DNA of 62,355 nucleotides from Alphaproteobacteria bacterium (GTDB lineage Bacteria; Pseudomonadota; Alphaproteobacteria; RF32; CAG-239): NCBI GenBank assembly GCA_017479985.1, contig JAFVBL010000010.1, positions 1 to 62,355 of the forward strand, read 5' to 3'. Shown piece by piece: positions 56,714 to 62,355 of this stretch (position 1 is its first letter; each line of letters starts with the position of its first letter). The notes under the pieces were generated by a model. It saw only the letters and a program-made list of their open reading frames with translations, ran no database searches and was not told where the DNA came from. The position numbers and the translations under genes were made by a program.

Positions 56714-57256
56714 TTACACATTTTTTCCTAATTCATAGGCTTTTTGCAATAAGTCTTTGCGTGATGCTGCATCTTTCGGCTCATTCACACCACCACCGGC
56801 TAAAACTCCGGCTAAACGCGATTGTTCAAAACAGGTTATCCACCCCTGCAAACCTTTTGCCGCCGTATCCGAAGCATTTTCGGCATCATCGTAAGAAGAT
56901 GTTATTAAATACACGTCCTTAAATTTATTTTCTTGCTCAAATAACGGGTTGCAACGGTCTAAAAAGGTTTTGAGCTGACCGCTTAATTCGTAGTAGTAAA
57001 TCGGTGTGGCAAAAATCAACACATCGGCATTTTGCACTTTACCAATCATATCCGCCATATCATCTTTTTGCACGCATTTACCGGTTTTCTGACAGGCTAA
57101 ACAACCGATGCAAAACTTAATGTCTTTGCCTTTAAGGCTCAAAAACTCAACCGCATTACCGGCATCTTTCGCCCCCCTTTCGGCTTCATGCGCCAAAATC
57201 TCGGAATTGCTTCCGCCCCGCAAACTTGATGAAACTATCAATACTTTCTTTGTCAT
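56714..57256 (-). CDS. Flavodoxin-family (iron-sulfur flavoprotein-like) protein
   Basis: SSSLRGGSNS, CIGCLACQKTGKCVQKDDM and FATPIYYYELSGQLKTFLDR motifs. Confidence 0.9.
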   Translation of the reverse strand: MTKKVLIVSSSLRGGSNSEILAHEAERGAKDAGNAVEFLSLKGKDIKFCIGCLACQKTGKCVQKDDMADMIGKVQNADVLIFATPIYYYELSGQLKTFLDRCNPLFEQENKFKDVYLITSSYDDAENASDTAAKGLQGWITCFEQSRLAGVLAGGGVNEPKDAASRKDLLQKAYELGKNV

Positions 57257-57268
57257 TATATTTCCTTT

Positions 57269-57691
57269 CTATTCAAAAGTTATGGTTACACTGCCTCGAC
57301 CGAGCGTTTGTTCCAAATCAGCCGCATTTTCTATATGTCCGATACGCGTATATGAATATGCGGTCTTAAAATCTTTATAGAATACGACCAAACAATCATC
57401 ACCAAACAACATAACATCACCGGTTTTAATTTGCCCTGTATGCTTCGGTTTGCTTGGTAATGTTTCACGCAACTGGTAATACTTCTCATTGCCGTTAAAT
57501 TCCGACATTTTAATTGTCATAGGCAAAATTTCCTGTAAGGACTTAGTTGTGTCATTATCATTCAAAACAACTGAATATTCCTTATCTCCGATTTTCATTT
57601 GCATTGTTTTAATCTCCAAAGCAAAGGCTGTTGGTGCCGCAAACATAATTCCCGACACCAACAACCAAAGTATTTGCTTTATATAGTTCAT
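57269..57691 (-). CDS. Cyclophilin-like fold protein, exported
   Basis: Signal peptide; LNDNDTT, LPMTIKMSEFNGNEKY, GDVMLFGDDCLVVFY and YSYTRIG motifs. Confidence 0.85.
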   Translation of the reverse strand: MNYIKQILWLLVSGIMFAAPTAFALEIKTMQMKIGDKEYSVVLNDNDTTKSLQEILPMTIKMSEFNGNEKYYQLRETLPSKPKHTGQIKTGDVMLFGDDCLVVFYKDFKTAYSYTRIGHIENAADLEQTLGRGSVTITFE

Positions 57692-58728
57692 TACTGCAAG
57701 TTTTCCTTAAAGAATTGTTCCATTTTATCAAACGGAATAACATCTGTTTTGTAATACAAATCCACGTGATTTGCATTCGGGATAATCATCAATTCTTTAT
57801 TATCGCCCGTCAATTTTTTGAAAGCACCTTCCGAGAAATAGCGGCTGTGTGCTTTTTCGCCGTGTATCATTAACACCGGATTTTTAATGGTATCGGCATA
57901 CGCTAAAATCGGCTGTGTAATCAAAGATAATGCCGAAGTAGTATTCCAATGTCCGTTAGAATTGATGGAACGTGGATGGAAACCGAGTTTCGTCTTATAG
58001 TAACTGAAATAATCTTTGATAAATTGAGGCTCTTCACCGGTTAATTTATCCGGCAAACCTGAAGCTTCGGCATAAGTGCCATTTTGAGCATCTTTGGTGC
58101 GTTGATTGTTTAAATCCTCACGCAATTTATACAAATCATCTGCAGACATAGAATCATTATATCCTTTAGCCGAAACGCGTGTCATATCATACATTGTTGA
58201 TGTAACTGTTGCCTTAATACGTGTATCTTGTGCGGCTGCGTTCAATCCAAAACCACCGAAACCACAGATTCCGATAACACCGATTTTATTCTCATCAACT
58301 TCGGGTAATGTTGTTAAATAATCAACTGCCGCAGAAAAGTCATCGGTGTTAATATCCGGACTTGCCATATTGCGGACATTACCGCCGGATTCACCGGTAA
58401 ATGACGGGTCAAACGCCAATGTTACAAAACCGCGTTCTGCCATTTCTTGCGCGTAAAGTCCGGAAGACTGTTCTTTTACTGCACCAAAAGGTCCTGTAAC
58501 AGCAATCGCCGCCATCTTTTCACCAGATTTCTCTTTCGGTTCATATAAATCACCGACCAACTCAATACCAAATCTGTTCTTAAATGTTACTTTCTTCACA
58601 TCAACTTTATCGGACTTTGCAAATACTTTATCCCAAGCATCCGTTGATGCTCCGTTTACACTGTCCGGTGCAGCAAAAACCAAACCTAATGTTGCCATAC
58701 TAAATGCACAAAATGTTTTCATATTCAT
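57691..58728 (-). CDS. Alpha/beta hydrolase (YcjY-like), exported
   Basis: GPFGAVKEQSSGLYA, FDPSFTGESGG, GICGFGG and NANHVDLY motifs. Confidence 0.9.
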   Translation of the reverse strand: MNMKTFCAFSMATLGLVFAAPDSVNGASTDAWDKVFAKSDKVDVKKVTFKNRFGIELVGDLYEPKEKSGEKMAAIAVTGPFGAVKEQSSGLYAQEMAERGFVTLAFDPSFTGESGGNVRNMASPDINTDDFSAAVDYLTTLPEVDENKIGVIGICGFGGFGLNAAAQDTRIKATVTSTMYDMTRVSAKGYNDSMSADDLYKLREDLNNQRTKDAQNGTYAEASGLPDKLTGEEPQFIKDYFSYYKTKLGFHPRSINSNGHWNTTSALSLITQPILAYADTIKNPVLMIHGEKAHSRYFSEGAFKKLTGDNKELMIIPNANHVDLYYKTDVIPFDKMEQFFKENLQ

Positions 58729-58851
58729 TATTTTCTCCTATGTTTGGTTAATCTGACAACAATATATAGTGTTTGTTTTAATATAGCAAATACTTATTAT
58801 GAATACTTAAATATGCTTGACAGGCATATTTAACTGTTATATCTTTCCTTT

Positions 58852-59745
58852 ATGGAAATAAGAGTTTTGAAATACTTTTTGGCTGTTGCACGCGAGGGAA
58901 ATATTACTGCCGCGGCAAATGCTCTGCATTTAACGCAACCCACCTTAACGCGTCAATTACAAGATTTGGAATATGAACTCAAACAAAAACTTTTCATTAG
59001 AGGAAAGCATAAAATTACTTTAACTGAAGAAGGTATGCTGCTTCAAGACCGTGCCGAAGAAATCATTGAAATGGTACATAAAACCAAAAGTGATATTATG
59101 TCTTCAGGAAACGATATCAAAGGTGATGTGTATATCGGATGCGGTGAGACTGAGGCAATGCAATACGTTGCAGAAATCATCAAAGAAATACAAGAAACTT
59201 ATCCGAATATAGTTTTTCATATCCATTCCGGTAATGCCGAGGAAGTTATGGGAAGATTGGATAAAAAACTGCTTGATTTTGGAGTTTTGATCCAGCCGGT
59301 TGATATAACAAAATATGATAATATTACATTTCCGACAACTGATACTTGGGGCGTTTTGATGCTTAAAAGTTCGCCGTTAGCGAAATTTGAAGCCATCAAA
59401 CTGGAAAATCTTAAAAATCTTCCGTTAATCACCTCTCGTCAAGTGACCAGAAAATCCCCGAATAATGATTATACAAACTGGTTTCAGGGAAAGTTTGAAA
59501 CATTTAATATCGCTGCAACCTACAATTTAATTTACAATGCCGCTTTGCTTGTTAAATCCGGTATCGGGTACGCTATTACACTGGATAAATTAGCAAACAC
59601 TTCCAGCGAAAGCGAACTGTGTTTCCGACCTCTTGAACCGAAACTGGAAGCAAAACTGGATATTGTTTGGAACAAATTTCAAGTTCGCTCCGTAGCCGCC
59701 AACCTGTTTTTACAAAAATTACAAGAAAAGTTCGGAAAAAATTAA
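58852..59745 (+). CDS. LysR-family transcriptional regulator
   Basis: MEIRVLKYFLAVAREGNITAAANALHLTQPTLTRQL HTH; divergent from the hydrolase operon. Confidence 0.96.
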   Translation: MEIRVLKYFLAVAREGNITAAANALHLTQPTLTRQLQDLEYELKQKLFIRGKHKITLTEEGMLLQDRAEEIIEMVHKTKSDIMSSGNDIKGDVYIGCGETEAMQYVAEIIKEIQETYPNIVFHIHSGNAEEVMGRLDKKLLDFGVLIQPVDITKYDNITFPTTDTWGVLMLKSSPLAKFEAIKLENLKNLPLITSRQVTRKSPNNDYTNWFQGKFETFNIAATYNLIYNAALLVKSGIGYAITLDKLANTSSESELCFRPLEPKLEAKLDIVWNKFQVRSVAANLFLQKLQEKFGKN

Positions 59746-59774
59746 AGCTTTAGCGATTAAACTCGGCTTAGGTT
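59744..59774. repeat. Module-boundary hairpin repeat, copy 3
   Basis: AAAGCTTTAGCGATTAAACTCGGCTTAGGTT, overlapping the lysR stop codon. Confidence 0.8.
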
Positions 59775-59790
59775 TTGTTGATATTTTATA

Positions 59791-60879
59791 TTATTTCAAC
59801 TTTTCTACAAAATTCTTAATATCTTCGGCAAATTCCTTTGGCTGTTCAAGAGCGGTAAAGTGTCCGCCGCGCGGCATTTGTGTATATTGCACAACCGGAT
59901 AATGCTTTTCTACCCACTTTCTCGGCGCCGGCAAAACATCTTTCGGAAATGCCGCAATTGCTACCGGAACGCTGATTTTATCCATCAGAGGCAATGTCCA
60001 AGTATTGCCATAATAAACACGTTGCGAAGTGCAAGCCGTATCTGTCAGCCAGTAAAGCGTTAAACAATCGCACAAATCATCTTTGCTTAGGAGCTCCCAA
60101 TCGCTCCACGAATGATATTTTTCTATTACCCAAGCCGCCAACCCGACCGGAGAACCGGCAAGTGCATAAGCCAAAGTTTGCGGTTTTGTGCTGTGAATAT
60201 TGATATACGCCGCTTCATCACGCAGCCACTGATTCGCACGGCGTTTATAATCCAATTCTTCCGGTGTTAATTGTTCATCTTGTACAGTTAAAAGCTCTTT
60301 AACCATACCGACATCTGTTAGATGGATACCTTTAACTTCATTCGGATAATTTGCGGCCAAATAGCAGGTTACACCGCGCCCCATATCGCCGCCTGATGCA
60401 ACATACTCCTTATACCCCAAAATCTCGGTCATTAAAATATGCCAAATCTCGGCAATTTCCGCATTGTTGATAAAACCTTTTTCCGGCAAAGTTGAAAAAG
60501 TAAATCCGCACAATGACGGCACAATTAAATCATAGTCTTTGAGCAAAGCAAAAAGTTTGGCATAACGCAAAAAACTATCCGGCCATCCGTGTGTTAACAA
60601 CAGCGGCAGCGCACCTTTTTTCGCTGATTTAATGTGAAAGAAATGAATTTTTAACCTATGTATCTCGGCTATAAATTGCGGATATTGATTTAATTCTTTT
60701 TCTTTTTTGCGCCAGTCATAATCATTTTGCCAATAATCCAACAGTTCTTGTAAATATGCTCTATCCGTGCCGAATTGCCAACTTTCATTAGCCAAATCCG
60801 GCGGTAAGCGTGTATCTTTTAATCGTTGCCGTAAATCAGCAAGCTGTTCTTCCGAAAAATGAATTTCAAACTTTTGCAT
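59791..60879 (-). CDS. Epoxide hydrolase family protein
   Basis: LADLRQRL, LLTHGWPDSF, PSLCGFTFS, GGDMG, HSTKPQTL and GGHFTALEQP motifs; start at ATG 60879. Confidence 0.92.
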   Translation of the reverse strand: MQKFEIHFSEEQLADLRQRLKDTRLPPDLANESWQFGTDRAYLQELLDYWQNDYDWRKKEKELNQYPQFIAEIHRLKIHFFHIKSAKKGALPLLLTHGWPDSFLRYAKLFALLKDYDLIVPSLCGFTFSTLPEKGFINNAEIAEIWHILMTEILGYKEYVASGGDMGRGVTCYLAANYPNEVKGIHLTDVGMVKELLTVQDEQLTPEELDYKRRANQWLRDEAAYINIHSTKPQTLAYALAGSPVGLAAWVIEKYHSWSDWELLSKDDLCDCLTLYWLTDTACTSQRVYYGNTWTLPLMDKISVPVAIAAFPKDVLPAPRKWVEKHYPVVQYTQMPRGGHFTALEQPKEFAEDIKNFVEKLK

Positions 60880-60898
60880 TATGTGTATGCTCCTCAAA

Positions 60899-61564
60899 TC
60901 AAATTTCCGCTATCTTATAGCTATTATCTATATGTTGTTTGATTTCTTCTGTATCAACAGAACCATTAAGATAAATCGTTATCCAATGTTTTTTATTCAT
61001 ATGATAACCGGCAAAATATTTTTTATTATCTATTATGCTCGGCAATTTTTCCGGATTTACGCGCAAGTCAATAATTTCAACCTCACCATTACCGGTAATA
61101 CCTAACTTCTCACACTTAACTGTTAAAAGCGCACCATACCATTTTTTATTATCTTGTCTTCGCCAAATAGCATTATTTGGAAATTTTTGCCATAAATATT
61201 CAAGCTGATTACTATATTTTTGGTGTACATACTTTATCAACTCTTTAGCTTGCGGAGACCTAAAAATAACCGTATTAAAGCAATTATCCGCTATTTTTTG
61301 CAAACACTCATCATATTCTTGCCGAATTTGACCTATAAAAGAACCTGCTGCAGATGGTTGCAAATGCAACACATATTCTTCGTTAAAATCATTATCAATC
61401 ACAGCTGCAAATACTTTTCCTTTTTTTTCAACCTCAACTTTAAGCGTAAATTGACCATTAACAATTTGTTGCTCAAATTGGTAACGGTCTTTATTTTCAA
61501 CAAAACCGAACTTTCGCAGTTTATCAAAATCAGGCTCTTTGTATTTAAATATCTCGTCAATCAT
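60899..61564 (-). CDS. MmcQ/YjbR-family DNA-binding protein
   Basis: LEYLWQKFP, RRQDNKKWYG and FAGYHMNKKHWITI motifs. Confidence 0.9.
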   Translation of the reverse strand: MIDEIFKYKEPDFDKLRKFGFVENKDRYQFEQQIVNGQFTLKVEVEKKGKVFAAVIDNDFNEEYVLHLQPSAAGSFIGQIRQEYDECLQKIADNCFNTVIFRSPQAKELIKYVHQKYSNQLEYLWQKFPNNAIWRRQDNKKWYGALLTVKCEKLGITGNGEVEIIDLRVNPEKLPSIIDNKKYFAGYHMNKKHWITIYLNGSVDTEEIKQHIDNSYKIAEI

Positions 61565-61575
61565 CTGATGTGTTC

Positions 61576-61823
61576 CTATTCGTCAATTTTGCCGTCCCAG
61601 CCTTGAACATTGGAGGTATGTTTATGCAGAACTTTCCATTCCCCATCTTGCTTTTCCAAATAATCGGTCTGGCGCATAATCAAAGACATCGTGCTGTTAT
61701 CTTTCACCACAATATTCCATTGCTGCACCGAGCAAACAAGAGCATTATTGCCATTCACCATTGTGCGCATATCAAGGATTTTGACATCAATGCTCCAAAA
61801 AATAAAGTTAATTTCTTTAACAT
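61576..61823 (-). pseudogene. Internally deleted/frameshifted SnoaL/NTF2-like gene
   Basis: RBS then MLKKLTLFFGALM signal start at 61823 is out of frame with the NTF2-like C-terminus (MRQTDYLEKQDGEWKVLHKHTS). Confidence 0.65.
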
Positions 61824-61892
61824 TTCTACCTCTCTAATGCATAACATATTGAGCTATATGTAATTTATATTTGCAAAAAATTCAAATAATTT

Positions 61893-62099
61893 TTAATTCT
61901 GATGCACACGGTCATCTTCAATAACCGCTGTGATTTCCACTTGGTTTGAATGTGGGCGGATGCCGGTAACACGGGCATAAACGCTCCATTTGTCCTGTGT
62001 TCCGAATGCGAAATGTGTGTGTTCCGTACCGGAAGTGGTTAAAATTTCCGCATCCGGCTGAGTTTTCAGCATTACTTCGGTGTTTAATTCCGTTGCCAT
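61893..62099 (-). pseudogene. C-terminal remnant of a probable phage tail-tip/host-specificity protein
   Basis: HTHFAFG...ARVTGIRP.SNQVEITAVIEDDRVH resembles the ends of TipJ-like tail proteins; it is cut off upstream by the ISL3 fragment. Confidence 0.5.
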
Positions 62100-62112
62100 A
62101 TAAAATTACGCA

Positions 62113-62355
62113 GGAACTGATGGAGTTGATGAATGAGAAAATGTGCAAATATAAGGACTGTAAACAGCGATTAGTGCCGAAGTTACTGAAGTTTATAGAA
62201 TTATTAAAAGAGTGCGGATTTGAATTATTCAGAAAATTGGGAAGAACAATGGAATATTGGCAAGAGGAGATAGGAAGAATGTTTAGATTTACCAGAACAA
62301 ATGGAATTACCGAGGGATTTCACAGGAAAATGAAACTGATACAAAGGCGGGCGTA
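62113..62355 (+). mobile_element. 5'-truncated ISL3 transposase fragment running off the window end
   Basis: Translates ...LGRTMEYWQEEIGRMFRFTRTNGITEGFHRKMKLIQRRA; the last 45 nt match the internal copy at 28372-28416. Confidence 0.88.

Noticed and set aside
55056-59774. A true integron cassette array
   Set aside because: No intI or attI; the hairpins are shorter than known attC sites, only copy 1 has AAC/GTT boxes, and modules contain divergent multi-gene units. Kept only as an analogy.

Overview
This is a 62.4-kb chromosomal segment of an alphaproteobacterium (ccrM, ppx-rlmE synteny), possibly the gut RF32 lineage (inference). Both ends of the window fall inside copies of the same ISL3-family transposase 3' end. 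The left half (about 0.2-28.1 kb) is mostly core genes: tRNA-Lys, two AsmA-like proteins, cdd-punA-deoA, galU, fadL, a PilT/DotB-type ATPase, prmA, an aminopeptidase P, ccrM, two ppx/gppA paralogues, rlmE, a GT2 glycosyltransferase, ymdB and tRNA-Pro. It also holds a small AT-rich insert with an Mpi-like serine invertase and a 152-bp invertible promoter bounded by perfect 25-bp inverted repeats. The right half, after tRNA-Pro, is accessory. It contains nested ISL3 right ends, a SAM-I-type riboswitch in front of unknown membrane proteins, and a two-partner secretion locus with a 5,504-aa adhesin (PilZ-like C-terminus, G9 tract in its promoter spacer). It ends with stress/detox modules (acr3-arsR, flavodoxin/LysR, epoxide hydrolase) separated by a recurring hairpin repeat and interleaved with probable phage tail remnants. 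The best candidates for undescribed biology are the invertase/promoter toggle at 1.6-3.1 kb, the riboswitch-controlled membrane proteins, the phase-variable TPS operon and the hairpin-delimited cargo array. All calls were made by eye from sequence motifs; no database searches were run.
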